From Catajapyx aquilonaris (Eukaryota): 60,247 bases of DNA. Where the stretch lies: assembly GCA_000934665.2 (NCBI GenBank), contig KZ538587.1, positions 1 to 60,247 on the forward strand. Direction: 5' to 3'. Positions 1 through 14,900 of the stretch are shown in pieces. Position numbers and translations under genes: made by a program. The first letter of the stretch is position 1. Every line of letters begins with the position of its first letter. The notes beneath the pieces were generated by a model that was not told the DNA's origin, did no database searches, and saw only the letters and a program-made list of their open reading frames with translations.

Positions 1-96
1 TATAGCCATAATTATTGCAAAGATTACTACCAAATCAATGGGTCACTCCTATGGAAAAGTATTTCATAACCCGAGCAACGCCGGGTATCCTGCTAG
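1..96 (+). mobile_element. Helitron 3' terminus (element runs off the left edge of the window)
   Basis: GC-rich hairpin CCCGAGCAACGCCGGG (70-85), 7-nt spacer, terminal CTAG (93-96) followed by T. This is the canonical Helitron 3' end arrangement. Confidence 0.75.
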
Positions 97-3000
97 TAAG
101 TCATAAAAATGATTCCACTTTTGTGTTCTGCACAATCTCTAATATCTATAGTTATGATGTTGGGAATATGGATACATGTGGTGTCATGATTTGACTTCAG
201 GTGGTTTTGATAGTAATGTTAATTTAATTTTTATTATTTAATTTTATTTTGTTCGGGATTGAATGGATAAAATGCCAATCGGTCGCGTTGTAGGCCTACC
301 CCAGTTTAGTAAGGACAGTTTCTGTTGGTCACATTATAATTACCTTTATTACACTCCTGCAGCCTTAAGTCATTTTGAAAATATTATTACAATACAAAAG
401 AATTCCTTACTCAATCACTCCTTACAATATTACCCACAATAAAAGATTACTATTGACTAGTGTAGGCAACCTTTAAAAAAATTCAATGCGGACGCACCCT
501 TTTCCTCTGATCGTCCCAGACGCGATTGTCTACACGACTTTCGTTTCAAATCGAGCAGGATAAAACAGAAGAGTGGTCCAGCATCATCAGGACCCATAAT
601 TTTTGGGGGGGAGAAGGATCCACCATCTAACCGGTTATTCTTTCTCTCTCGAATCCCGACCCGCAATCTCCCGAGTCCTGGACCCGTTCCGCTAAATTGA
701 TCGCATCGTTTCACTTCTGCCTTTCCACTGCTACTTTGTCAGCCACCGAACATGCCTTGAATTGCCCCATCTGCTGCTTATGAGTGTGATTAAATGACTC
801 TGGATATGCCGCCAGACGCAATGACAGCAGTTAGTGATAGACTTAGCCACGGTCAAAATATGAGCCGTCGCGCCCAATTTTTGTGAAGCTGTGACCAGTT
901 GTAATAAATAAATAAATATGATCTGCAATTTTCATGACTCAACGAGAGCTATTTTTAAGTTATGTTGCTCGCGTAAAGAGTATGTTAAAAACCTACGCCC
1001 ATCTGTAACTTACAAAAAAAAATCTTTCCATAACCTGTGATACCAACATTTTGCAGAAAAAAAGGATCAGACAAAATAGGGGAATTATTAGAAATTAGAC
1101 TGCACCTATGCGGATGGGAAAGTGACGATTAGAATATGCAGGAAGATGTTAAGGTAGGAGCCAACAGCAGGTAAATTGCTAGGAATAGGAGGGTGGGGAA
1201 CACAAAAATTATTACATCGTGGAAGTCTACCACGGGGCCTGCCGCTACTCAAAAAATAATTGTCCCGAGTAAGACGTGAGGAAGCATCCGAAATACTGGT
1301 CGTAAATGGCTCAAATTACAGGTAGCTATGGTTTACAGGAGCTCATTGTGCACGAGTAGTAATTACCACCAAGCCACGAAAACCCTGGCTGTGAAATGAC
1401 TAATGGACGCTCCCCTCCCTGGTTTTACCAGTTACGTCAGAAAATTATGAACTATCACCACTTTTTTGGAGTGCATTGGCCCCGTTTATGAAATTCGTGA
1501 CAATGAGTTTGAAGGTGTATAATGCGCAAGGTCACCGAGTTCATTGCGGTTCAAATCATCTTTTATTTTATAGAGAAAAATGTTGCATCTAACCCGTTAT
1601 TTCCAGCACTTGAAAAAAAGGGTCAATGGGGTGATAATTGACCTCGGCAGGTCACTTTCATTATAGTCGCCCTTTCAAATTCAATCTTTCTCTTCCTACA
1701 CGGTTCGGGTCGTTGTCGAGACATTTTTACACCGGCGCTAACTCACGATCTGATTATGACACCTGTGTTTAGGTAAGTGGGTGCGAGGTCTTGGCACACA
1801 CAAAAAATGCGGTATTCACAAGTGAGTTTTAGGACACCCTGTAGCAGTATTCTTGCTGACAATGTGTGACAACAGGTGATGAATTTCGGTAAGCTTCTGT
1901 TAGCAAACAGTGACTTGCAGGTCACAACACAATCGAACCTGCCTACCTCATCCTTTATTGCGAATCTGGACATGTGCAAATGTGACATTTCGACTTCGCC
2001 CTGCATTCCTTGCCTTATTACGCTATAACCATACATGGGATACCAGATTAATTTTTGTCACATGGCACAGGAACATCACACATCTTGTAGCGTAATTACA
2101 CCTTAGTAATTGAAATTGTGGATTTATTACATGATGCCGCAATGGTCTGGTTTCTTTTTTTAAAATGCTGAAGAGTGTTGTTGCCCCCTTTGAAAAAGGT
2201 GGGGCCGGTTTCTTTTGAGCTGTTCTAGTAATAAATGATCTGCTATCGGAATAACACACACGCGGATGCTCGTTGTTTTATTACACCTAAGGAGAGGCGC
2301 CATAGTAGCTGCAAGAATGCGGCCCGTGTGTTTTTTCCCGGCACTAATGGGAGATGCTATTAATTTTTTTGTACACGCGCCAGTTGCAAGATATTTTAAT
2401 TAATGTGGGTCGAGTGTGAGAAATTAAATTTATTTTTAAAAAGTGTTGGATCGTTCCGGTTTAGATTGCAATACAGAATACAGTGCACTAAGTGCGCAGT
2501 TCATATACGAAATCTGAATTTTAATGGCAAATATTAATTGTGCAAAAATGCAAAATATCAAAATTAATTACGCGAAATTCCGGGTTTCCTCCGACTATGT
2601 AATTTTTTTGAAAAGATTAATTTTTGCCCCGAGCGAATTGGTTTCACTTGATGTTGTTTTCTGGGCGGAAAAATTACGGTTATTACCAGGTTTCTGTTTT
2701 AATTGGTGTGCGCTTCTCTTCACTTTCGCCTATAAATTGTTCAGAAATGTGTTAGCCTACTTTTTGAGCATTTTGCCTGCTTTTTTTTTAAATGGTCGGA
2801 ATCATTTGTTTAGAGCTCATTATGTGAGTGCTGCAGACACTGAATTACATAATATTTCATGCGCCACTCATTCCGTCACCGGGAGGTATTCTGTAACGCG
2901 ATATGTCTCAGGCAAAAAGGTAATAAGTGAGTTGGTCAGCGGTGTGTAATTTTCACACTGTCAGCTTTTTCATCCGGTATTATACAGTAATGGAAGATTC

Positions 3001-6000
3001 GAGGTGGTCATTCTAACGAGGGTGATAATGCAGCGTATAATTATCGCATGTGAAAGTAGAATAGCCTTAATGCTCGCAAGAAGCGCAATCATGTCGGGTA
3101 CAAGGTGACGGAAAAATCCGACACATTTTGTAATAGGTTTTGCGATCAGTTCATACGACTAATAATGATGAGAATCCGAGCAAAAGTTTACGGCTGCAAT
3201 AGTGTATATCATTTTTGTATTGCCTGTAATACATAATTCGACTTGTTTGTAGCTGACATCCTCCACATGGTGTTGCAAATCTGTTTTCATAATGGCGAAT
3301 CACACAAACAAGAGTGTACCAAGCGTAATGCAGGAGGCATGAAACGTGAGCAAGATTAGACAGTAAGCTTGCTAAGCCTTGATAGGAGACTCCTATATGG
3401 GAACTCGTATCTTCATTCATTAGCTGCGACTAAAATGCTTATGATGTTCCGCCGAATAAAAGTGACAGCGAAACCATTTGCACGTGCTCTGCTGAACCGT
3501 AAAGCAGGACACGGTCTTTTTGGAACCATGATTTAAAAAAATTACATTTTTTTCGAGAGTAGTTTCCATGATTTGTGTCACATCTGGTGCGATTTGATGG
3601 CTAAGGCACGTGTAATGGTGGAAATTTTATGGAGGATGCTCATTAAGACAATTTGTGTGTGATTTCAGCAGGAATTTTATGTCGAAAGGTGACATGGTTG
3701 GGTGGAGGTAAGTGATAACCGGAAGTAGTTTACGCGGCCATTTAAAAGGTTCATAAGTCAGGGTCTACTGGCCTCTCCCATCAACATAGCTTCAATTAAT
3801 TAATTAAGGCTTTTAAAAAACTGCTTGCAAGAAATTCCGCCCAATATTTGTTTACATTTGGATCGACATTTTCATCAATTTTTTGTAATATTTTTATTAC
3901 TTAATAATTGTAATTTTGGCCCACCTGGCCACCTGCTGGTAGTGTATATGGACATGATTTTGTGAAACTTGTTGGCCACTCTCTGGATCCATATCTGCCT
4001 GGGCAGTTACCCTTGGTTAAAATTCTATGGAATGCTATCTAGTATGCACCAATTTTTTGCATCTAAATAGTCACTCCTTGATATATTACTAATATTGGCA
4101 AATGGTGAATCAAGCATTCGCGAAGGTTGACTGGCAATACTCTCACCTTATAGACAACAGAGTTAATGAAGATGAAAGGTAAGGTAGGGAGAGGGCCCAA
4201 AGGTGAAGGGGATTTTAATTACGACCCTCCCATGTTTTTTATAGATATATCCATGCTTGTAATCCACTCTTTGGCAATCATAGTCGTGGATTCTGAGTTG
4301 ATGAAACGCCCCATTTTTCCGCCTATTAACCTCCACGGGGTGTTATTGTTCCTTGAGAGCCACCAAGGGTTTCCTCTTCCTTCCGATATCGATCTATTTC
4401 GCACAAAAGGCATTTATTTAGCAAGGCTAGTGTTTTTCTTTTTTGTTTTACTATTATGATTTTTAACAAGGGGCGCGCATGCGGCGCATGCAGAGCTGCT
4501 TAATGAGAATAGTGAGAGATAAATTGATGCTGTAGACACAAAAACAACGGAGGGGGATGAGGTAAAATAATTAACTGTTTTTGACGTATTGCAGGCGATT
4601 AATTTTCGAGAGACGAGATTAATGAGGCGAGAGGATAAATATTTGGGTAAAACTTCAGAACCACACCTTTATTTTAAAACTAGACTTTTAAAAAAACCTG
4701 CCCTTAATGAAGACAAGGTCTTGAGATGAAACGTTTGAAATTCTCACGTTGAAATTGCCACTACCTTTAATGTCCCTTAATTAAGACCATTATGTGCCTT
4801 TTGTACGCGGTTCACACACAAACCCTTGCCGTGATATAGTGACGTCCAGTGTACCTGTCTTCTAAACAAGACTATAATCCTCGTCATCAATCTTACTGGG
4901 CGTCGTGTGTGGAATTAGGTGTGTGTGCATTTTGTAACAATAATGTTAAATTTTTAAGTTTTTTTTTCTTCTAGTCCGCCTCCTCATTCATGGGATTAGT
5001 GAGACCTTGTTTGCCTCATTAACAGGCGCCCGCATGTTTTATGAAACGCAAGCCTTAAATCATATTGACTGCCATGTTGCAAATGTGTCGCAGTTTTTTT
5101 GTTCTTTGGTGCGCGCAACTTTTGCACCTTTGTTCAAACCAGTAGGATCGGCATTACTGTGTTTTTGACAAAATAGTACTGTGTTTTTAAGTGCAAAGTA
5201 TTACACTAATTGAAAGACATAATAGTGCCACTAAAGGAATTACAGCCTTCGTTCTTCGTTTCAATATTGGCGTAAACAACAACCGGCCATGGAACGTGTT
5301 TCATGCCGAATGCCAAGGTTTTACTACAAACTTGGAAATGAACATTACCGGTTCCAAGCTTAGAAAAACACATTCAAGTAGCAACACAATAGATAGGCAA
5401 ACAGGTCCTAGACTAAATGTCAATCTCCCCAACACTGGAGAATAATAGATTGCACGTGCTGTACTGTTACACACGGAGCACCTCTGGGCTAGGGCGTGAG
5501 TATGTGCACAGGAGAAGCAAATGGAATTTTCCTGTTCGTTTTTAATAATGGAAACCACAACAGTCCAGGGACAGGTAAAGCTAGCGGGCACTTTACTCTC
5601 CCCCCCTAAACACGACCACTTTTGGTTCCCCGGTATTTGATGATGTGAGTGATGATAGCCGCTCGTTAAGTACTGGTTTATCGGTGCGTTTGAATATATA
5701 TCGCTGAGGGATATAAGGCGCACTGTACCGACTTATATACCCTGACCGAACCCTGCCATTTGACAGGCCCAATCGGATTTTCCAGATAACCTCGTTGGCC
5801 TGTTTGAAGGAAGGAATGAGGTGGTTGGGAGGTAGTAGAGGGGAGAATCGACATATCCACGAGGAGCCAACTATTAGTGCCTTTCACTAACCTTGTCATT
5901 CGGAGGAGAAGCGTGAAGTATATGGTAAGTAGTCCTCGGGACCTTGATAAGTACTTACATTAGACCCAAATTATTGAAATGTGTTCGTTCCGCCAGATGG

Positions 6001-6439
6001 GGGAGCACAATGAAATATTTGTGTGCTTTTGGGTTGATGTGACGGGTTGTATGCAGTACATCAGATATCTTGCTATAGGAATGCGTTTGGGGGCATTCAG
6101 TTGGAGTTGACGTGTTCCTATAATTTTTTGGAGGGTAATTGTTTTATCAATAGAATCTGAACAGTCAGATTGAGGCTGAATGAACGGCCTTTGGGGCTTA
6201 CGTGCAAGAGCTTGTAATGTGGCATTATTCAAATTGATGGTATAAACTTTAATTGCTAATATGGGTGCAGAATTGAATGATTTGTTGCAAATATTTATTC
6301 ATTGCTGCGTAATTATTGCATTCGCGAGTAATTATAGCGTGCTGACATTCCACAACCAAATTCCAGTAATTTGCATTACCGTAGGTTAATTAATGGGTAA
6401 ATAGGTAAATACGTCTGAGGATAAGGTGATGTCTGAGGT

Positions 6440-6464
6440 GGGCAGGGGTGGGGGGTGGGACGGG
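6440..6464 (+). other. Potential G-quadruplex motif
   Basis: GGG-CA-GGGG-T-GGGGGG-T-GGG-AC-GGG: five G-runs with 1-2 nt loops. Sequence motif only. Confidence 0.45.
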
Positions 6465-6569
6465 TTGTTTTTAGGTTCTTTCTCATGTGTTTTATTAGTT
6501 CATATGTTGGGTTAGCTTGCGTCTCCCTTCATCGCTGACTGCCCCTCATAGGGAAATGTCGTGATGTTT

Positions 6570-6590
6570 TTGTTGTTGTTGTTGTTGTTG
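6570..6590. repeat. (GTT)n microsatellite
   Basis: About 7 tandem GTT units read directly. Confidence 0.85.
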
Positions 6591-7905
6591 TATCATAATC
6601 GGCAGTAAAACAATAGACTGAACTGTGGCTTTTACTATCTGCCAATTTCCTGTTGATGCAGTTAAACGTGCATGTAGCAATTAGAGTAATAGTGTTTAAA
6701 TTATTATTTGAAAATGTAGACGTAAAATGTTTGAAAATTGCATTATCCCATATGTGATAATTTTTTCCTAAAAATTGAAACACTTGACAAATTGCAAATG
6801 AAAGCACGAATAAAATAATTGTGCAAAATTCAGCCCTGATTATTCCTTACCTGACGTGGATTGCATTCTTTTGCATCCGACATGTAGCAGGCAAACACGC
6901 ATTTGCACTTCCATTAATGCGAATGATGTACTGCAATTCCTATCTAGAACTGTACTTGATGTATCAAGGCAATCTGATATAATATTGGTAACACCTTTTT
7001 ACATCGGACAGTGTGCATCAGCCGGACTTCGCAATTTTTATCACCCCGTTAAGGTCAGTTCGCCGACAAATCATGACAAGCCATATATCAATAGTTTCAC
7101 GAACATGCTTCTAAAATGCAATTTTGAAAATAACGGGTCCATTTGCATACATCCTCCCGAGGGCAGGCATCTAGATTGGCACCAGCATAGGATGGTTCCC
7201 TTTTTCTTCTTACCTGCACACGTGCTTGTACCTCACCTTTCAAGGCCCTCCAACCACAAAAAGACTTTTTAAGTGCACCTTCACCTCTTGCTCACACCAT
7301 TTTGTTCGTCTCTTCCCACACCTGTAATCTGCGGTGGGCAATTAGCGCACTAATGCAAGAGGCGCCGTGCCACAAGACACGGAAAAGCATGCCTTTCATT
7401 ATATCTGGAGGCCCCTTACATGTATCTCATCAATGGAATCTGATGGAACCACCAGATAGGTTTGATTGCTCTTGTTCACAAAGAGTGTCCTCTTTTGCCG
7501 TGTGCTGTCATCTTGCCTTTTTTTTGTGAAGGAGGCGACTTTAGTTCGTGATCTTTTCTGTTGGTGGTGAGGAGGATGTCGGCAAAGAGGGGGGGATGAT
7601 GAATTAGGGTGACTGTGATGAATAGGATGGGGGTTGTTGTGGTGTGATGACAATGGACCAATTATGCGCGTGGGTTTCTAAAGAGAGGCACGACTTTTTT
7701 TTAAACGTTTGGAATAAATTTGCCTAATTATTTTTATGCAGGTTGTTCTGCAGGTTTGAACAGGAACGACACATTCTGCGTAAGTTATAATTAGCATACA
7801 AGTGCATTTCAATTATGGCCAATTACAATTTAATGTTTAAACCGACAACGGCGCAAAGACAACTGTTAATATGTCATTGAATACAACAATTGTATTTACC
7901 GTACC

Positions 7906-8160
7906 TATCTCTAAATATTTCGAGTGAAAATTTCACTCCGCAAAATTCTATTTTTGAGTGGATTTCCAGAGGCGAAGATTTACTTTATCTCAAATCGAGT
8001 GGAATATTATTCGAAAGAATAGTGAAAATAAATGTGAGACTACTCTTTCATTGAAAATCACTCAAGAGATCGAGTGAGATTTAGTCAAAACGAGTGGGAT
8101 TCAAATCAAGTGGAAGATAGAGTGAAAGTCACTCAAAATGAATGAAAAATACCCGAAAAT
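7906..8160. repeat. Degenerate GAGTG/CACTC sub-repeat array, probably a decayed non-autonomous DNA transposon
   Basis: GAGTG or AGTG followed by an AT-rich tail recurs at about 7922, 7956, 7997, 8021, 8072, 8092, 8108 and 8120. It includes the palindromic units GAGTGAAAATTTCACTC and GAGTGAAAGTCACTC. No clear paired termini. Confidence 0.5.
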
Positions 8161-8945
8161 ATTTTAGATTGATTCTGGTTTAAAATTTCAAAATGTAGAA
8201 AATTCAGATATTTTGTATATTTTTGGGCTGCTAATTTCAAATTTTGTTCGCTAAAACACACTTTATACATTTGCTAATCAGTAACGACCCGGCATAACAT
8301 GTTCTTAATCCTGCTAAATTTTATTCTGTTTTGCACTTCCAATCCCGCCAGCCAGGTCGGTTGATCATATCAATGAACTACCTCTCCACAATCGGCTACT
8401 CAATCATTCTCGGCTGTTTGCTACCCCCCGCGAAAGACAGGGTAGTGTTGGTGCTAAAACATAAACATCCAGCTGCGAAGAGTAGGTAAGTCTGTAAATC
8501 CGGCTGGAAAATTCGCATCATAAAGCATGTAAATGGTCTTGAATTGCTGAAGGGTAAGAAAAGAGAGCCCCCTTTACATTGTAAGGCAATGCAAAAGTAC
8601 CTCTGCTAGAAGAGCATTAGTCCGGCAATTAACGACTACCCTTCCCCTATTGTCGCACTAGGCTGCGATTGTGTCTCCAGATATTACATCGGGAGGAACA
8701 AGTTTTACGTGTTTCATAAATCGCTGTCAAGCTTCATTTCTCACGTACGCCTCCACAGGACAACTAATTCTCACCATTTGCACTGGAGGATTTCAACTAA
8801 TTCAGCTGCTAAATGCGCATTTACTATTGTTGACGCTGTTACGAATTAGCAGCTAACATTAAATTAAAACTACGATTGCACGTGTTAATAATATTAGCAG
8901 ATTACGCAAAGATGTAAAATTAATATCCGCCCATCCGCCAATATG

Positions 8946-8985
8946 CCGGGGACGAAAAGTCCGGGGGGCGAAAAGTCCGGATACC
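8946..8985. repeat. Short GC-rich tandem repeat, possibly a transposon-end remnant
   Basis: CCGGGGACGAAAAGT / CCGGGGGGCGAAAAGT / CCGGATACC embedded in AT-rich DNA. Confidence 0.55.
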
Positions 8986-11900
8986 GCTATCTTAGTATTA
9001 GCTGCTTAGTTTATTAACAGCTGCTATTTTGCTACAGTAAGTTAGCCTAATTTGGTCTTGTTGATTACTGTTGATTAGTTTCATCATTGCGTAAAACTGG
9101 AGCGGTGTGTTACGAAAGTGTGAGGTTGTATTATAGGAACTGGGTTACATAGTTTTTGGTTTTTGGATAGCTCTGATGCGGATGATCGCCCCCTCCCCCC
9201 CGTTAGATGGGGTGGTGGCAACGCCCCGTTGCTTGGGGGCGCATAGGCTTGGAGAGCCCACCAAGGCAATTTTCACGTCATTGCTCGCCTAATTGTGCGG
9301 AAAGGCTACCGGGACTTCTGACCTCGGCTTTCGTTTCCCTTTCGATTTCAAAGGAGACTGGGGAGGGCTTTTTTGGGGAGAAGGGTTGGGTTCTCTCTCT
9401 CTCTCTGGTCTCTGCCCGACCATATACCTTTTTTTTTTGGAAGGTACAATTGTGTCGGACCACGCACCTCACCTTGACAGTCCTATTTTCCGAGTCGCTG
9501 GAATATGGTACAGTTGGCGCTAACGGCCTTGGTATCGGTGGGGGTGGGCTTTTTTTCTTAAAAGGTCTTCTGCGGATGGGAGAGTATGCTTTATATCCAG
9601 TTTTTTTGCGGATTTCTTAACGGTGAGAGGAAAGTCGCGCTGTCGACATTGCAGGTAGACTCCAAAATTTAAGATTGAAAATGAATACTGTAGTCTAAAA
9701 TATAAGAACAGATCATTATTTGATTTTTAAAAATGGGATGTCTTGACATCATTCATATTCACATCACTCAGGCACGTGTGAGATTGAACTAGTATGTTAG
9801 GTGATTCCAAGTTCAATAAACGTACTGATGAGATTGTGGCAAAAATTCTAAGCGATGATGCACAATCGTGTGATGAATAGGTGACGTCCTTTTCCAACTA
9901 TTCATATAGAATACATCGCTTCACTGACCATCTGAGTCACTTGAACACAATCTGGAGTGCTGATATAACCTATTGTTACTGTTTAAGCTGGTGGCATATG
10001 AATCACATTTATATGCCCCTTCCACGATTATTCACATGAACTTGTAACATTTCTTTCAAGCGAGTCACAGATACTTGGAACAAATTTTTCGCCAATATTA
10101 CTTTAATTGAAGCAAAGTTGCTAGAGTTAAAATACTTGAGCAATGTACCACCCTGCCTATAAATAATTTCCGTTCATAATGTAACGACGTCCTATAGTGT
10201 GACCTGACCTCATGGAACAAACGCACACCAATCATTCGCAATTTATGAAAATCGCCCAAACACTTCCCTGACTTATCTCCCGGAATCGCATCGCGCACAA
10301 CCCTCGCGCCCCATATTTCGCTCCTGAATCAATTCCGCTTCATATCTCCCTCGTTTATCTCGCATTCTCGCAAAACAGCCACATTAATAACACCCATTGA
10401 ATAAAGCAGATCCGCGTTGAGACTTGGCAAAAAAAATGGAATTCTTTGAACTGTCCCTTGTTCTCAATGATGGTCACCCTCAGCACATTCATCCAAGGAC
10501 CCCCATCTCGCCTTAGGGAAGGGTGTAGGACCCCACCCTGCACATGCCGGATACGATATTGATGGTCCATTCCTCACGTGATCCCACATGTATGCAACCT
10601 TGTAATCATCCGGCTCCAGGCAAATCAACATTTGGACTCAGCCCAGTTCAAATGAAATTGCAAAAAAATAAATAAAATCAAGCCGGTTCAAAAACCATTT
10701 CTTTCAAATAATTTTCCAGCCAGATACGTAACGCTTGTCACGACCTGTCACATCAACCGTTACGTTAAGCGTGACGTAAAACTTACATCGACGCTCTAAT
10801 TTTTGCAAGCAACTAACTGGACTCTTCGCGGGTTTTATGTGGGGTCATTCGGGGTCAAATCGTGACACATCCACACGTGCCGATAGTGGGCAGGCTGGTC
10901 CTGTAAAAATACCTCCGACCTATATTACCCCGTGTGGGCTGACCTGATGTGACCCGGTCGCTGTTTTGGGAAGGAAAATTGCAAGCGTGGCAATGAATAA
11001 TTTAACACGTGTCGACAGCTTCGGGAATTATTTTCATATTGTTAAGCAGGAGGATGGTTTCGCCGAAATTTTTCGGACCGATAAGGACCGACGGGATTAT
11101 TTAGGCCGAACAACTCGTGACGAATGGACCGAGCCGAAAGGGGTTGTTTGCACACTTTTTTGCATACGCCCGCGCTTCGTCTCTTTCACACTTTGACCCG
11201 AAGAAAAAAAAATATGGCCGGAGTCTGGCATTTTTATTAGTTTGGCGCTCGGAAGAAAAAAAAAGAGCACGACGCGATATCGCAACCAAAAGTCAAGAAT
11301 AACTGTGAACATATAACTAATATAGGTCAATTTCACCTCTCACTTTTTTTTGAGCAATTTTTGAGTCAAATTAAATGGCTCATCGATTGGAATCGGCCCT
11401 TTCCTTCCGCAAACTAGGTGAAAACAGTGCTAATAAATTTTTTGTGGCTCATCGTATTATCAATATTAATTGGACATCGGAAGAGCTCTTTTCACCTGTC
11501 CGTCCCTGAAAAGAACGGAGCTTAACGTCAATAAAAGTCTGGCCACTTAATCTTTGAGCAGAAGTGAAAGTGATCGGTGATCGGACCATCGAAATACTGA
11601 CCACTCCCAAAAGGCAATCGGAAGCTGAAGAATGCTGGACAACTGATATTGTTAAAAAAATTAGACCTATTTTTTGCGTTTGTACGTACAATGGGCATTG
11701 CCAATTTGGGGCGTACATATTTTAAGAAAATTTGCATTGTGAATTAAGCGCGTGTAATGAGAATGAGGCGATTGCATCCTGACTGGATGGCATTGAATTT
11801 ATTTATACAACTATCAAAAAATACCACGGGTGCGTTAACATTTTTGAAAGCAGTTTTGAAGCTTTTAGAGCCTCTCAATGCCACCTTAATTGATTTTTAA

Positions 11901-14900
11901 CAGCCGGTGGTTAATAGCGGAAAAGAGACAATAATCTGGCGACGTTTCAGATTGATTGTTCATGTGGCGTCATTCGCAATTATTTTGATTGCCATGCCCT
12001 TCTATTATTGTAGGGTCAATCAGACTGGCGACGAAATTAAGTGAAAAATGATATGCCAGTGATAATTTGCTAGATTGCTGTTTACTTTGCCTGCTGCAAA
12101 TGTGGTCTTATTACACTTTTAACACATATTTGGCGATATTTTCGTGCAAAAGTTAATGTGTAAAAATCTTTTCAGAAAATATTGTAAAAAGTGATGTAGG
12201 TGCTGTAATTGGACGGTGTTATGCAATAATGTGTCAACACACAAAGCTGTCAAAATTTAATTAAGCCCAGGAATAAATACCGAAAGGATCGTACTTCATT
12301 CAGTTAAAACCAATCTGGCGAAATCTGCATACTTCTGTCATAAGTGACTCTCCTAATTTCCACTTGTTCAGACATGTTACAAAAATACATATATCTAGCA
12401 CAAACTTTCGACAATCATCATCTCACCTGTTAATCCCACTGTATAGCATGGATTTTTTTTTACATGCATAAAAGTGAGCGTACCATCTCACTTTTCCTCC
12501 AACACAGTACATGTGACTGCTCAAGATACATGTGAGATACGAAAAGTCCCCCTTTCACGTATATCCAACCCAGCAAGCCTTCAATTCGACCCGTATGAGG
12601 AGACGGCTTTAAAAAAAAGAAAAAAAAGAGAGGTAAAGACACCCACGTCCTCCCATACCATGTTCACAACCAGACAACCTGCCACAAGTTTCAAAATATT
12701 ATTTCCACACTTTGGCACATGCTGAGGTCGCGCCGACCCTCTCATCAAAATTCATGAGGGTCTTATAACCAATACTTATTTTTCAACATATAAAAATTAT
12801 ATATAATCCGACGCAAAGTATGCAAAGGGATATCGGGAAGTTCTATCGCTTTATAGGATATTTCAAGTGTCAGGTTTTGTGTGCGAGAATCCCCAGGTGA
12901 AAAATGGCGGCAATTGAGACCCACCCATGACACGTCGAGAATGTTACTACAACGAGGTAACCGTCGTAATAATTCGGGCTGGCGAAAGGGGGCGGCCAAA
13001 TAGCCACGCGAGTGATAATGTATGCAAACTGTCAGCTTTTCCCACGGCTCACCAGCAGGGGTACTTCACATTCTTCTTAATAGCACCTTTCTGCACATCT
13101 GCTGGTGCAACAGGTAAAATTAAATGATTGAAGTAAAATAGGTTGCATTTTGCGTGCATTACAACTGACATTTTTCCAGCCAACTCTTCACCGGATAATT
13201 ACCGTTTTTTTGTACTGCTCGGCGCACCTGCAACATTACATTCGGATCAAGGTTGAGCCCATGTAAAATCCACATGCACACAGACACCACCTGAGGTGCA
13301 TGCACTTGTGTGGCATTCATTCTTGCTGGTTAGCCCCATCCCCAAAACATCATCCCAAACCAGATTGGAAGGAATCTCCATCTCTCTCTCCTTGACTGTC
13401 ATCTCAGGGGATAAGAGGCCGCACACGCCTTTAATAATCGAGCCGGCACAATGCATTCCCCACGTCACAAGAAAAGAAGCGGTTAGAATTCCTTTCCCTT
13501 CAATGCTCTTATGGCTAAGATGCATCACGGCTTCATAACATTAAAGAAAAAAAAAAGTGAACGCCTCACCCTGTACCTCCCCACCCTTCATAGACTGTAT
13601 GCACACAATGGAATGACACCTTTTTCTGAAGGAAACCATAGGGCGGGTTGCAATCGGATACAGCCTCAGGGAGAAATTGCATATATATTTTTTGCGTCTC
13701 TGTTCAATCGTTTGTCTTTTTTTTTCAATGCGGACTGGCTTTCGTGGGAATTTGTTTGATTTGGAAGAGAAAACGGTTATCTAAGCAAACCGCCCATTTG
13801 CGCGTGAAACCATTATGATGTGCAGGGAAGTTTCCAAACCATCGTGCTGAGCAATATATCTGGCCGAGAGTGGGCAGGAAAATTGACTCTAATAAGGGGA
13901 AGGAGCGATGGGTGCCCCTTTTGTTGGGAGAATCCAATCGTGGAGAGAAATCTTGAGCGATGATATTAGGGACTTCCTAGATTATAATCTTGGCGGAAAA
14001 TGGATTCCGCATTGCTGCATGCCTGCAACTAGAACCAATTTTTGGCACGACTGCCTGTCATCTCTCTTATTTTGGCACAAAATAACATGTCTCAATAGCT
14101 CGGAATTAACAATTATTGGTAGATACGATTTCCTACATTCCATACACGTTGAAATACATAGAATCCATTAATATTTCTCAAATATTTTGCAGTAAATATT
14201 TGTGCTTATGCCAATTGTTTTGTTATTTGCTCCTGTTTTTTTGCCTGATAAATATGAGATTTACTGTATACTCGTAGGACTTTTTCTTTCCCTGTATTGT
14301 TACTCAACTGTTAGATCCTACACTATAGTTAACAGAATTGTGTATCAAGTTGAGCAAAAGATTTCATATCATGAGAACCAAACAAACAAACAAAAAAGCA
14401 AATACATAAAATACTGTTATTAATATTATTAATTGTTTATAACAATTATTGTTGTTAATGATTAACACGTGGTTCTTGCTAGTAACATTTCCCCCCATAT
14501 AGCGGTGGGAAAATCACGTGCCTTTAATATTGCCCGATATATCAAGATGGCATCTTACTTCCCGTATGGTATCACCTGTTGCACTTTATTAACTTTCGTA
14601 ATGGTCCCATCAGCAACCAATTAGTTCTGTCCCAGTTCTTCCCACCTACTCGACATCCACAAACTTTGAATAGAGAATAAATACCCGAGTTTCCTCAGGG
14701 GGGACCGTTCGTTCAGCCCTACTTACTACTCCAAAGTAGGTGCAAAAAATGCAATTGCGCAACTGATTATTTCCACCCCTGGTTTTTTTCTGTGTCCATC
14801 AGGAAGAATCTTCCAAGTATGTCTTGTGACGTCACCTGGTATGCCGGACATCCCGTTTTCGTCCGCCTTTTTGTCCTCCACGTCAAAGCGTGTCTAGCCA

